DNA of 61,950 nucleotides, the filler included, from Hausera hauseri (lineage: Eukaryota): the NCBI GenBank assembly GCA_046269625.1. It is 11 parts of 11 records of this genome, joined end to end, with 100 filler letters (N's around TTAATTAATTAA, not from the genome) between each part and the next. Parts side by side here need not be neighbours in the genome. Positions count along the whole stretch, not along the records: positions 21,212 to 28,561 come from JBJURY010020231.1; positions 28,662 to 32,679 come from JBJURY010816308.1; positions 32,780 to 38,367 come from JBJURY010225298.1; 8 more parts are not named here. One strand, 5' to 3'. Position 1 is the stretch's first letter, and every line of letters starts with the position of its first letter. Below the pieces are notes generated by a model. It did no database searches, had not been told where the DNA came from, and saw nothing but the letters and a program-made list of their open reading frames with translations. A program made the position numbers and the translations under genes. Below are positions 25,467 to 37,144 of the stretch, piece by piece.

Positions 25467-26492
25467 TGAATCTGTGATGCAAAAATCCGACTCGGTGCAG
25501 TGTATCCGTGTCACTTGACGAGATATTGTTTATTCGAACCTTTGCCACGTGAAGGTAGAATTTCCTTAATACGATATATATCGGGTTTCTAGGACAGTAC
25601 TTGCAGTTCATGTTCGTAGAATTTACTGTGTATTTCCTCACCGTTTTTATTTTCTAAAACGTACATGACAGATGTTTGTTTTGTGTTGATTGTCGAAATG
25701 TGGAAAACCTCATCGCGCCAGTTCTGATTGAAATTCTTAATGAATGGCGTCGTACTTATTTCGATATACGTACGTAAGCACCAATTTTATATTTTGAGCG
25801 TTTAATTGAATCTCGTTGTGTTTGGTTTTGATAAAGCCACACATCCAAATCATCTATTTCAACCGGCGCATTCTGTTTATTCCACGGTGTGTCAAATGAT
25901 TGTATGCATTAATAATATCCGGTAGTACACCTACCAAGCGTTTGTTGCTTTGCTTCGTAAAGAATTTGTTTAGGCGACCGCGCAATGTTCGATTAAATCG
26001 TTCAACGAGTGCAGCATTGTATTGGGAAGACACCGAGTAGTGGTTAACTCCGAACCTTTTCAAGACCGCTGCAACGTAAACATTGTAGAATTCCTTACCT
26101 AAATCCGTTTGTAAATGCTTCGGCTGTTGTTGTTGTTGTATCAGTGTCTGAACAGCGTCAGCGATCTCTTTACCGGATTTAGATTTCACGGCAATTGCAC
26201 GTGCAAAACGACTAAACATATCAACGCATGTCAGCACGTACCGGCACCCATCGTTCATACTGGTGTACGGAATTATTTCCATCAGATCCATTTGCCATAC
26301 ATTATTTACACCGGCTGCACGGTATGCACGAGTTGGAAACTGCCTTCTTATCGGTTTGTTTAGGCTGTATGCTAACTGTTTCCCGAGCCAACGTTGGGTC
26401 TGTTGCCGAGTCCGTTTGACAGTCTTTGCCACTTTGTCGACGCCAGTATAGCCGAAGGGATGATGCAGGTCGAACCACACATCGTCCATCAT
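25463..26492 (-). pseudogene. Polinton DDE (rve) integrase with chromo-like C-terminus
   Basis: WLGKQLAYSLNKP, WQMDL, CVDMFSRF, LQTDLGKEF, VERFNRTL, YN..HRGI; frameshifted tail with KFYEHELQ..YLVK*HGY. Confidence 0.92.
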
Positions 26493-26621
26493 TGCCGTCG
26501 ATGGTGTCGGTTTTGCTCGCATTATAACAATTAGAACGAAACGTAAATGAAAGATTAGGTGAACTGGGACAGAAAGATGAAAACCATTCACCCATATCGC
26601 CGAATCATCATATACTTATCG

Positions 26622-26960
26622 TCACTGTTTATACTGTGCTGTTGAAGAACCAGTGAGTCCACCCAGTAATGATGTGGCAATCGGTAGAATTACACCAGGG
26701 AACGCGCCATCTTGCTGGTACATAACCACTCGTTTCAGTCGTTTACTACGGGTGTTGGCAAGGCAAATGAGTCGTTTTCGATACTTTAGTAAATTCCGCT
26801 TTCCACTACCAATGTCAACGTGACCCACAAAAATATTGTATAAAATCTCCATCAAATCGTCTACTACAAACTGTGAAAATGATCGCAGCATGTTTTGCTT
26901 ATGTCTCGTAGGTTTCTTGAGCAATGCAATAAAGTACGGCTGACCACGTTTATATCGCAT
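26622..26960 (-). CDS. Conserved small Polinton protein with a C-terminal amphipathic peptide after Q-x-x-G-(G/A)
   Basis: LMEILYNI..GHV..LLKYRKRL..L..YQQDGAFPGVILPIATSLLGGL; open in copies B and C. Confidence 0.7.
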   Translation of the reverse strand: MRYKRGQPYFIALLKKPTRHKQNMLRSFSQFVVDDLMEILYNIFVGHVDIGSGKRNLLKYRKRLICLANTRSKRLKRVVMYQQDGAFPGVILPIATSLLGGLTGSSTAQYKQ

Positions 26961-26974
26961 TTTTGGACGTATTT

Positions 26975-27176
26975 ATGTTGATGAGATGTAGTTGTTTGTA
27001 ACCGTTGCCACTGTGACAGCAATTTGCGTCTAGCTGCTGCTGTTGTTGTTCGACGAAACACAGAATTGATTAATCGCTTAACTGTAGCAGTGATTCTTTT
27101 TGATACACGTTTTTTGCCACCGGACACCCGCTTGGTAGGTTTACGTTTAACAATTGTTTTTCGGAAATTCTTCATT
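26975..27176 (-). CDS. Small Lys/Arg-rich ORF (putative DNA-condensing protein)
   Basis: MKNFRKTIVKRKPTKRVSGGKKRVSKR..; conserved in copy C (50704-50877). 3' end uncertain. Confidence 0.45.
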
Positions 27177-27188
27177 TTTTTATCATAA

Positions 27189-27831
27189 TCATGTCGTCGA
27201 TTTTCGAATTTGTTTATAGACACATACACCACCTTTCTGATTGAAAATGTCTGTTCGTACACGCATGTCATCGGGACACTGTTGCGTAAAGTCGATGAAC
27301 AAGTATCCGTGTGGTTCGGTCGTAGCATCATGATATGCATCTATCAAGTAGGCTCGATTGTGAGGAAATGCTTGTCGTGCAACATAATCAATGATAGTCT
27401 GATCACGGGGATTTTTGAACAACACCAAATAGTGTACGTTTAGATTTCTTGTTTGATGCTGTCCGCCCTGATGGAACATGTTTTGCGTAACGAAAATAAC
27501 AGTCACACCACGATGTCGTGCAATCTTTGTGAACAGATTACTGAAGTCGGTTTGTTTTGTTGCCTCTTGAAATCAATCGTAAATGACAATAACGTCACCG
27601 TTTTGTAACGTTTCAAACCAATTCTCATCGAACCCATTTTAATTTACAAAATTCCCGATGTATCAAACCGGACTCACCATCATCACCAACACCCTGATGC
27701 CAATATATGTGATTGTACCGCAGTGAATGGAACATGTCACAGTAGTTCTGCAATAGTTTACACACAAAGTGCGTTTTGCCACTTCCACCGGGGTTCACAA
27801 CCTGGAAAATTGAATCATTCTGCAACTTCAT
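27189..27831 (-). pseudogene. A32/FtsK-like packaging ATPase
   Basis: Walker A PGGSGKT, damaged Walker B, RHRGVTVIFVTQN, YLVLFKNPRD, HGYLFIDF. Confidence 0.92.
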
Positions 27832-27866
27832 CTAAATAATAACACAACCTTTCCTCACATGATTTG

Positions 27867-27896
27867 TTTATAATCGTGTTACACACATATAAATAG
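27867..27896. promoter_or_regulatory. Back-to-back TATA boxes in the 90-bp spacer between the ATPase and the TBP-like gene
   Basis: TATAAA on the - strand (27867-27872) and TATAAATAG on the + strand (27888-27896), each ~25-35 bp upstream of the respective ATG. Confidence 0.45.
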
Positions 27897-27921
27897 CTAT
27901 AGTTTAAACACTGTTTCCCTA

Positions 27922-28427
27922 ATGTTAGCTAATATTAACTATCGTGGACATGTTACCGAGTGTGACATTAACACACCACCTTTTAATCAATAGAAGTCGA
28001 GGCAGTATGTCCTCAAGTGTCCGCCGGATTTTACATGCATCACATTTCAATCGGGAAATTGTCGTATTATGGGTTGTCGCAAATTAATCACAGATGACAG
28101 TAACAATATACTACTGGAATTCGGAATTGTCATTGACTAAATCCAATCAATAACGGTAATGACTCAGTTAGACTGTCCACCAATTAATCTGTACAAATTA
28201 ACAATGGCCACTGAAAGTACTTATGAACCCGACCTGTTTTCTACAGTGAGATTGACATTGTTTTGCCACTTTGTGCCAATGTGTTTAGCAGTGGAAAAAT
28301 TGTTGTACTCGGTAGTCGGACAGTGGACTGTGAACCGATTATTAATCAAATTAAAAACCACATAAATGTTTTAGTGAATGAAAATAATGTACACTGCACA
28401 AAAACAACAAACTGCAAATACCATTAA
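27922..28427 (+). pseudogene. Divergent TATA-binding protein (TBP)-like gene
   Basis: Manual translation through two stops and one frameshift (~28263): MLANINYRG..CITFQSGNCRIMG..IQSITV..PPINLYKL..TYEPDLFSTVRL..PLCANVFSSGKIVVLG. This matches both TBP core repeats (IFxSGKMVCTG; IQN..PIRLEGL..YEPELFPGL..IFVSGKVVLTG). Confidence 0.8.
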
Positions 28428-28661
28428 CATGCTCATTCAGACATTACTACCATGGAAGACGACAATAAAACGATTTTACTCAATGATGATGGTGGTTGTG
28501 AGAATGATGAAAGTTCAGATTGGTCGTGGTTATTTGGCTACAAAAAGGACAATTTTAATGTNNNNNNNNNNNNNNNNNNNNNNNNNNNNNNNNNNNNNNN
28601 NNNNNTTAATTAATTAANNNNNNNNNNNNNNNNNNNNNNNNNNNNNNNNNNNNNNNNNNNN

Positions 28662-29235
28662 GCTACTCTATGGAATTATCACCCCAAGACAGTGTATCAA
28701 CAACTTTGATACGCACATTACGGGCCCTACTGAAGCCAATATCAATAATCAGATGAATCCACCGGATATCTACCGGAAGGTTGCTGAAAAACTTACGGAG
28801 AAGATTGTAATCGGAGCCGACGTTATTGAAATGGTAGTAAATCATTTCAAATGCCCAATTCGGCTTCTGGCCGGAATCCGTGACATTCTTTATCATGAGG
28901 AAATTATTCGCCAGTATCAGCTAGTGACGGGCACTTTCAAGGAATTAGCCAGAAAATTCTACGATACTAAAGGGTTTCCTCTCCGTAGCACTGCCTTAGT
29001 GCAGTGCTACCAATCCATCTATAAACAAGTTAGATGGACTGATGAGTTAATCACTAAAAATTCGGCTTCCGAAGGGGTACGAACAGCACCAACTACATCT
29101 ACGTGTGGCAGAAAAAGACATCTGCAAGTATACGAAACTATTATTGTGGACGATGAAGTATTCGAACCGGAATCCATCCGATACAAATCACGAACAACAG
29201 ATATGTTCGTCCATATACCCCTCCCAAACAATTAA
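28662..29235 (+). CDS. Hypothetical ORF of unknown function (28753-29235; possibly a 3' fragment)
   Basis: 160-aa ORF with no recognisable motif. Confidence 0.3.
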
Positions 29236-30026
29236 CAAATTTGAGTCAATTTCTTCAAACCCCCGTCGAGTCTGTGAGCTATGGCTACTGCTTACATTTC
29301 TGTGAACATTAATTATTTAACACTAGCAATCATGGCTACTATTTACATTGTGAATATTAATTATTTACGACCACATTTCTGTGGACATTATTTATCTGGT
29401 GTAAAGAAATTAATTATGTACTACTTTCAATTGATTTAGTTGCTCACGTTTTATGCATATGTCATTGTTATTATTTCTACGATCTATTCTATTTTAGTGT
29501 GTACATTGTGAATTTTTAATTAAAACTGCTATATGAAAATGACTATATAAGCAGTGTCATACTTAGTATTTTTATGAACATTTTTTTGACATTTTTCTTG
29601 CGAATATTGTGAACCTTATGACATCATGTAAGTCTACTGAGCTATAATCTTATAAGTGTATGGTAAATTTTGAATTGGTTATTAGATTGCATAGATTATA
29701 TTTTTCTTGTTTTGATTTCTATATATTTTGGGGCAAATTAAAAACAAATAACTAAGTAAGCGGAAACTAATTCGGATAATTGGTCGACCAGGTCAAAACT
29801 ACCTGACGACCGCCAAAGTAATCATAAATAATCGAATAGGATATTAAACAGTTAATGAGTAAAGTTAAATTCTTTTCACCTACTTGAAATACATTACCGT
29901 CTATCACTTAGGTATGGTGTACGACATTCCTCTGACAGTTGATATTAAAGTACGTGACTTGAAATTGTTCTACCCATTAATTAGTGGATTTACGAAAGCA
30001 AACGACTAACATTAATTAGTGAGGAT

Positions 30027-30053
30027 TGTACAAACTGGTGCCCTGACCCGGGA
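30027..30053 (+). mobile_element. 5' LTR end (..TGTACA) and tRNA primer-binding site
   Basis: CA-aac-TGGTGCCCTGACCCGGGA, resembling tRNA-Phe/His PBSs, ~130 bp upstream of gag. Confidence 0.75.
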
Positions 30054-30181
30054 TTATTATTTGAAGACCTTTAGATTAAGAAAGTATCACCATTACCACA
30101 AGAAGAGGAACAGTTTATCAACCAGAGGAAGACGAACCTTTCGGACTAGAATATTTGAGGAATTTAAGTGAAGACGAACCA

Positions 30182-31030
30182 ATGGAAAATCACAACGTGG
30201 AACAGAAGATCCAGCCAAATGCTGATTTTACCTTACCAATGAAGAGGTTCTCATGGAAAGAAGATATACAAGATTTTTAATGGAATATGAAGTATATTCC
30301 AAAAGTTTAAGCTGGGACAACAAGCAGAGAGTGTAAAGATTACCTCTTCACTTAAAAGGGACGACTCTCATGATTTATTTTCAAATGCCCGATAAAGATA
30401 AGAAGGACTGGAAAGGAATTAAAGGAAAACTGCCTAAAAAGTGTTTAATAGATCCCTTTGGAAAGGGGAGAATTCAAGAGTTTATAAGAAAGAGGCAACG
30501 TAAAGACGAAATAGTCCAAGACTTTGTCTGTGCATTGGAAAAACTTGCATCAAGAGCATATCCAGACGTAACCACAAGAAATAATGCACTACTAGCTCAA
30601 TTTCAATACGGATATGAAGAAAGATTAAGGACGATAATATCACAAACAGACCCGCTTACTTTCTATGAAGCAATAAGAAAGGCGCAAAAGGCCGAACGAG
30701 ATGCGGAACTGTATAGATGGAACAAGCCTAGAAATAATAATAACGGTTATGACAGAAGAATAAATAATAGCACTCAAAAGTATCAACGTTATGAAAGAAA
30801 CAGAAGTCTGTCACAAACGTCAGTCACAGAAGCTGAATCAGATATATAAAAGAAAGTGAGATTTAATTTACGAAACGATGGAGAAAAGATGAATTATAAG
30901 AAGAAATCCAAAAAGGATGGAAGGGGCATTACCTAATATAGATTCCGAAGGAAGATTAAAATGTTTCAATTGTAATAAATGTGGCCATACAGCGAAATCA
31001 TGTAGACTACGCAGAGGAGATTTATGAAAA
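30182..31030 (+). pseudogene. Ty3/Gypsy gag (capsid + CCHC knuckle)
   Basis: W..K..LPLHLKG; RKQRKDEIVQDF..LEKLASRAYP..AQFQYG; CFNCNKCGHTAKSC at ~30962-31003. Confidence 0.85.
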
Positions 31031-31334
31031 CGAAGTAATAAAAATAAACAAAAAAAGATCACACATCAGCTACATCAGATGAATCATCGGACAGAAAATA
31101 TGAAACGGAGAATAGTAAACAAGAAGTTAAGAAAAAAGATAAAAAGAAAGAAAGTGTCAATTATATAAACGATACACTACCTCAGCACATGAAAAAGCAA
31201 TTAGAAATAGAACTAAAAGAGTAGAAAAGACAACAGCAAAAATTGAAAGAAAATAATATCTATGTTATAGGGGAACAACCAGAAAAAAGAGCATCTCATA
31301 AAGAAAGGAAGAAAGGTAATAAAAAATCTTTGAC

Positions 31335-32679
31335 GTGGAGGTTGGATCAAGAGAAACATCAACAGAGAGGGAAGAGGTAATGAAAGAAAAGAAAAGAGGA
31401 AGAAGGAAGAGTAACCTTAGTACACCTTCATTGGATGAAGACGAACCTCAAGTTACACCAATATTCGATGAAGCTATACTAGACAAAGTAATAAGGGATC
31501 CAAGCGTAGATTTAGATGAGGAAGAGGATATTATTCAGGCAGTATTGGCTGTAGATCCTGGTAATATAATCAATATGGATAAAGCAACTACCACGATATT
31601 AAAGATAATTACTAATAAAGTAATGTTGAAAACGTTAAACGAAATCTTACCTCAATTGGTATTATCAGCCCAAGGTGCCAGTCCTGTGAGGAAAATAGCC
31701 AGGACAGTATTGGCCAAAGCCGCAGAAGATGGGAAAGGCAGGAATGAAGCTATACGAGTAACGGTAAGAGAAGGAAATCAGGATAAGAGTGTCATCAGGA
31801 TGAATGAAATAGATGATGTACAAATTTTAAGAGAAAAGATTGAGGAGTTGGAGCCTTTTTATCAAGGGATTCCTTATGGATTAAATTATTATGGAAGAAC
31901 CCTATATAATTACGATAAGTTATTGAGAATTGGATGTAGAAGTGAAAACTACAATCCAATATCAATAACCAAAATACATCCGGAGGCAAGAGTATAGTCA
32001 ACAGTAGAGAATATCCTAAGGGAAATGGAACTGCAGGAAGTAGATAACCCCATGGGTGATATACAAGATTTTACAGTTCAGACGGAAGCCAAGAGAAGAG
32101 GTAGGCCGAGAGGAACAAAAATAAGTGACATTCGCAATAGGAAAGATAGGAATGAAGAAATAGTAAGACGTTTGTTACTAGCAGGAACAAATGGCACTCC
32201 CGAATCGGTGGATACTGATCCATTACTAAGAACGTTATTGCTAGGCTACATACGTCATTTGCCTCATTTGATATGCATGCAATAATCCCAGACGAACTGT
32301 TCACAACGGTACTTAATAGCATGTTACAAATAAGTCGACAATTCTATGAGAATTTAGATGAAGAACGGATAAATGAACTACATGAGCTGGATATTTTGGA
32401 GAAGATGTTCGCAACAAAAATCATACGAGACAAAGTTCAGACGGCTATATCTTACCTTCTGTATAAAATAATAGTAATTATTCATCAAACTCAAAATCTA
32501 GAAGAGATTGAACGAAATATAAAAACAGCCGTAAAGATTTTGAAGGATACGCTAGGAAGCTGGGCTCAATGTAGAGGTGAATGGTTGAACAGCCTGATGA
32601 CTAATATAATAAGGTCAGGAGAACGAGAAAGATTAGTAGATACACCTACCGCAATGCAACCAAACGTCTCTAGACTAGG
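31335..32679 (+). pseudogene. Non-pol ORF after gag with a ubiquitin-like domain, an AT-hook and a helical region
   Basis: IRVTVREG..DDVQILREKIEE..LNYYGRTL..KLLRIG resembles the ubiquitin fold; KRRGRPRGTK AT-hook. ORFs 31335 and 32025 are in the same frame, separated by one TAG. Confidence 0.55.
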
Positions 32680-33305
32680 NNNNNNNNNNNNNNNNNNNNN
32701 NNNNNNNNNNNNNNNNNNNNNNNTTAATTAATTAANNNNNNNNNNNNNNNNNNNNNNNNNNNNNNNNNNNNNNNNNNNNTGTGTAGCCAAAATCAGTGCT
32801 GAAATATGAAAATAAATGTGTTGTCGGCATGTTGTACTCGATGTAAACAAAACCAGACTGTAGATTAGTTTGTTAAATTGTCAGATGAACTTTAACAATT
32901 GAATCTTGTAACTGCGCAATATTCGTTGAGTATCCTTACATAAAAATGATCAATTTCATCAAAACTATGAATACAGGTTTAATAATTCTTGAATTATTTG
33001 AGAATTTTGGTCAAATCGGCTCACATTGTACTTTCTAGGTATAAAAACGGCCAAAACGAATGTTTCAAATAGTTTCTGAATATCAACAACGTCTCTTTTG
33101 CAATATCCCTATTTGGGGAATATTTTTAAGTTATGCGACACACTGACGTCACAGCAAAGTTCAGAAGTTTTTGAAACTCCATGAAACAATCCCATGACAA
33201 CATCTACTGTATGTTACACAACTTTATACGTGAAAATAACGAGAAAAATTCAATAATGGAGACAGAAGCAATTTATGGTCATAGCGTCAATATTAAAATA
33301 ATAAA

Positions 33306-33797
33306 TCAAAATAAAACTGAATTCGTAAAGAAAAAAGATCCAAAACCAACCCTCTTTTTGATATCGATCTTAAAATGTGACTGAAGAAGATCGACGAACG
33401 GAGCTTTACAACTGGAATAGAGCATCCGTTCCTTGACAGAAGCCGAATAGCCGGGCATATTATATGTGAAAACTATCGGTTTGTGACTGTCGTTTTCAAA
33501 TTGATGTCGAAATCTGATTAAAATATATCGGGGTTTATCTGGATCTACTCTTGACTGAACCTCTTCGCAGGTGATAGTTTCAAGACTACATTCGGGCCTA
33601 ATTCGTTCTTTATCTATTTCTATGTTCATTTCAAGGAAATCAATATCCTCCCGACTAAAATTCTCCAACTCTTTAATCAAGTCATCCGTCGGCGGAAGTC
33701 CTGTGCATTTCAACGTACAGTGTCCGTCATCGAGAGCGGTTTGTTTCTCGGCCATTTTAATTTCCATTAATTCCAATTTCAAAGAATCCAAAACCAT
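33306..33797 (-). pseudogene. TWF: Twinfilin fragment (linker + C-terminal ADF-H domain)
   Basis: PRY..FRH..VFTYNMPGYSASVKERMLYSSCKAP; no N-terminal ADF-H domain seen. Confidence 0.8.
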
Positions 33798-34879
33798 TAT
33801 ATGAGTTCAATCTTTGTTGATTTGTTGGACAAAAACATGATTCTGTGACTTTGAATACACATAATATGTGGAACAAATATAGGTTTAAATTTCATTTGCT
33901 TTGTTACTACTTGATTTTTACGAACGCATTCATTTTAATTTTTGAATTGTGTATAAACACTGTTGAAAAGCCAAGCTTAGACTTATTTATATTTATTAAT
34001 TTCGGAATTCGACAGAAAACATGGAACTAATCAGTCACTGGAATCGGTGCAGAGCTTCCAAAATGTAATCTATATAAATATAGTGCGCTTTAGATTTTTG
34101 CCGTACATCTCGTAGATTTCATGAATCGACAAACTTTTTTATTACTTATGCCGAATTCCCACATTGAGAAAGTACATAAAAGTCAATTCAACTGAATCTA
34201 CATTAATAAATTTCCTTTTCGATAGAACGACAATTAAACACTACCCTTCCACAAAAGGTAACAATAAAACTGTTCACAATACTCCGTATAAATAAAACGT
34301 AAACAAAAGTCGAGAGAAAAAAAAATTATTTTTGAATTAAGAATCTAATCAAAACTGCCGTGAATGCATGTGAAAGAATAATCGCCAATCATTTATCCAT
34401 CAATCATCACGTCACACAAACAAGAACAACGCAGACACACACAAACACATAGAGAAAGAAGAATTGTGTTATTTACATGAGTCTCATCATCATCAATATC
34501 TTCGTCCTCATAGGGTTTGTTGTTGATTGGTGCGTTTCATTTTTGGTTTTAACTGCATTTTCGTGATGATTTTCATGATGATGACGACGATATTATCATC
34601 ATCACATCATCTACATCCAACAATTGTTCATTTTGGCCAATTTTCTGTATTTTACCAACATTCTCATCAATTTTATCGCTGTCCAATCCTCATTCGATAA
34701 ATCTCTGTCAAACCGTTGAACATCCGACTAAATCTCCCTCGTCAATTGCTCCTTGACCTTCAAATTCTCCATTTCCAACAGTCGTTCTTAGTAATAAATT
34801 TGTGACGAATACTCATTCCACACAGAATGATACGAAATTGTAGACAATATATCTGTCTCTGAAAAACAAAACGAGAAAA

Positions 34880-35201
34880 CATTCAAAGGAATATTAATAA
34901 TAGTTATAGCTTCCATTAGACATCTCTATACACAGTTATCAAAATCACAAATCAAAAAAAATATCACTTACTTTGACACAAATACCACAACCTATACAAA
35001 GCACTTCCAATATTAAAGATATTTTGTCTTGATATGTAACTTCAACACACCTTTTGCATTTATTACAAAGCATTAATTTTACAGAAAACAAACAAAAATA
35101 CCAGTTCTGTTTACTGGACAACCTTCTTGCATTCCAAATTGCATTTCTTCGGTTTGCATTTATCTTTGTTCACAATAGCGATTCTTCTTTTATCATATAT
35201 C
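34880..35201 (-). pseudogene. ABCE1: ABCE1/RLI1 N-terminal Fe-S domain fragment with short introns
   Basis: RIAIVNKDKCKPKKCNLECKK(frameshift)CPV..CVEV..LCIGCGICVK | 46-nt GT-AG intron 34971-34926 | RCLMEAITIINIP; homology then ends. Confidence 0.85.
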
Positions 35202-36569
35202 TACATTAAACAAATGTTCATACTTTAATGACATATAACAGCAAAAAAATAATAATAAAAACATGCCACCTTTATTTCTATTTGATACTTATTTAAACAA
35301 ATAGTGGTAAACTATGATTGGCCATTTTTGCTAAACATTGGGCAAATAGACCGAACTTCATTGAACCTTTTGACAACCATTAGGAGAGTGTCCTAAGCAA
35401 TTTTTAAAATTATCAGACGTGTAAAATACTATAAAAATTGGTGATTTGCGTACTATTTGTATGTTACGGCTTTATTATCACACTCCATGAACTTATATTT
35501 TTTTGAAACTTATTTGTACTTGTCAATTTCGACTTAGATTTTTTGGTGCTAATGCGTGTTGTCCTCCTGTAGCAATTCAATTTATAATTTTATCAAGATT
35601 TGAAGGTAAGACAAAAAATTTCAAGTATATCTATTTCGTTTGAAAACTATTTGTGTTTTATGTATATATATATATAAAACATACCCATTTAAAGTTTGAG
35701 AATATGTTGAGAACATTTCGCTCCCATTACTTCAAATCATTCGCTTAACCGGATATAAGTAAATGTCTAAAGCAAGCTATACTGATGGAAAGTTAAGTAA
35801 CAAAATTTTATAAATTTACCATAATAATAATTATGTAATTTATTGATTACACTTCGGCTATGGGCCCTTAGGCGAGGAATCCGATTGGGCTCAGTAGACC
35901 CAAACAATTCAAATCCCACCCTTCCCATAACATAAAATAACATTTATATCACAAGGCCTATTTTTATAAATACGATTAAACTAAGGTGGGTACCATGAAT
36001 TTTTATAAACTTGGCATTTTATGTTACGCTACAATTATTTACAGGTGTACTAAGGTCAAATTGAAAATAAAAATTTAGGAAACTTTTTTTACTCGATCCC
36101 TCATTATTCAACAAATTTTAACTAAACAAACGTTATTTTTACAATTTATTATAATTTATTAGGTACCTTGATATGTACCAGATTTTTAAAAATAATATAG
36201 TGGTTTTATTTAAATCTACGTGTTACATGAATTAATAGTAATATCGGCATTTATATAACGGATCATAAGAAAACGGAAGTCTTCAGCTTCAACGTCATAG
36301 CCGCTTTTTATATAAAGAAGTGCTTATTTTCAATCTATAATGATTTAAAATAGCATCTATATGCGTCAACAGTTAAATATCATGTTTTGTTTCATTGAAT
36401 CAATTTAACCAATGTTATTTTACGTTAACCTTGAATTATTTGATCTTCAAAAATTTTTGCAGATTTTTCATTCACTTATTTTTCTGATAATGGAAATTTA
36501 TTAAATAACTTAAAATTTTGTAACTGAAATTAATTACATTTGTGATTTTTCACTTCTCCATTTCTCTGC

Positions 36570-37060
36570 AAAAACCAAAGTTTTCAGAACAACCATCAGA
36601 TTCTTACGGACTAATTGATCAACAAATAACGTTGAGATGCAAGTCAAGAGATGATAGTGATAAAGTTTCACGGATCAAGGATGGGAAACAGTTGAATTTT
36701 AACAGGAATTTATTCGTGTTTTTTGCTTAGTCAACAAATCGAAGGTCAGTATCAATGTAACGTTTCCATTAGTTTTGGTTTTATACTTACGGACAAAGTC
36801 ACCGTTCGATTTGCGTATTTGAACAATTTTCGCATAATGGAGAGTATGAAAAAGTTCGTCACTCCCGGTTCGACATTTCTTCTGGAATGCCCTGTACCAG
36901 ACGTACTGCCGAAACCGGACGTCGAGTGAAAATCGAACACGACTTCATTCAATCATCGATTCAAACAAGATAGCAACCACAATTTACGATTTGATAATAT
37001 CCGACGGTCTGATGAAGGTTTTTACTGGTGCGAGGCCAAAAATCTCGCATTCACAAAAGT
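36570..37060 (+). pseudogene. Immunoglobulin-superfamily (DCC/Robo/L1-like) fragment, two Ig domains
   Basis: PKFSEQPSD..ITLRC..EGQYQC; LLECPVP..P..DEGFYWCEAKN. Conserved Trp residues mutated (to Arg and to a stop); frameshift. Confidence 0.75.
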
Positions 37061-37144
37061 GAGTTCACCGATCAATACCACACACAACAATATTTATTGC
37101 AGATTCTGTCACTTTCAAAATCTGCATATTATAGGGAATAATAA

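Larger units (their letters stand above)
22680..28561 (-). mobile_element. Polinton/Maverick virion module, copy B (most complete at the ATPase end)
   Basis: Full-length ATPase, basic ORF, QxxG(G/A) ORF, integrase, mCP1, mCP2, QxGxG ORF and 5' MCP fragment, plus a divergent TBP-like gene. Confidence 0.92.

Noticed and set aside
17417-30032. The RING-cargo 3' LTR and the gag 5' LTR as ends of one element
   Set aside because: No visible sequence similarity, termini do not correspond, and they are on different contigs.
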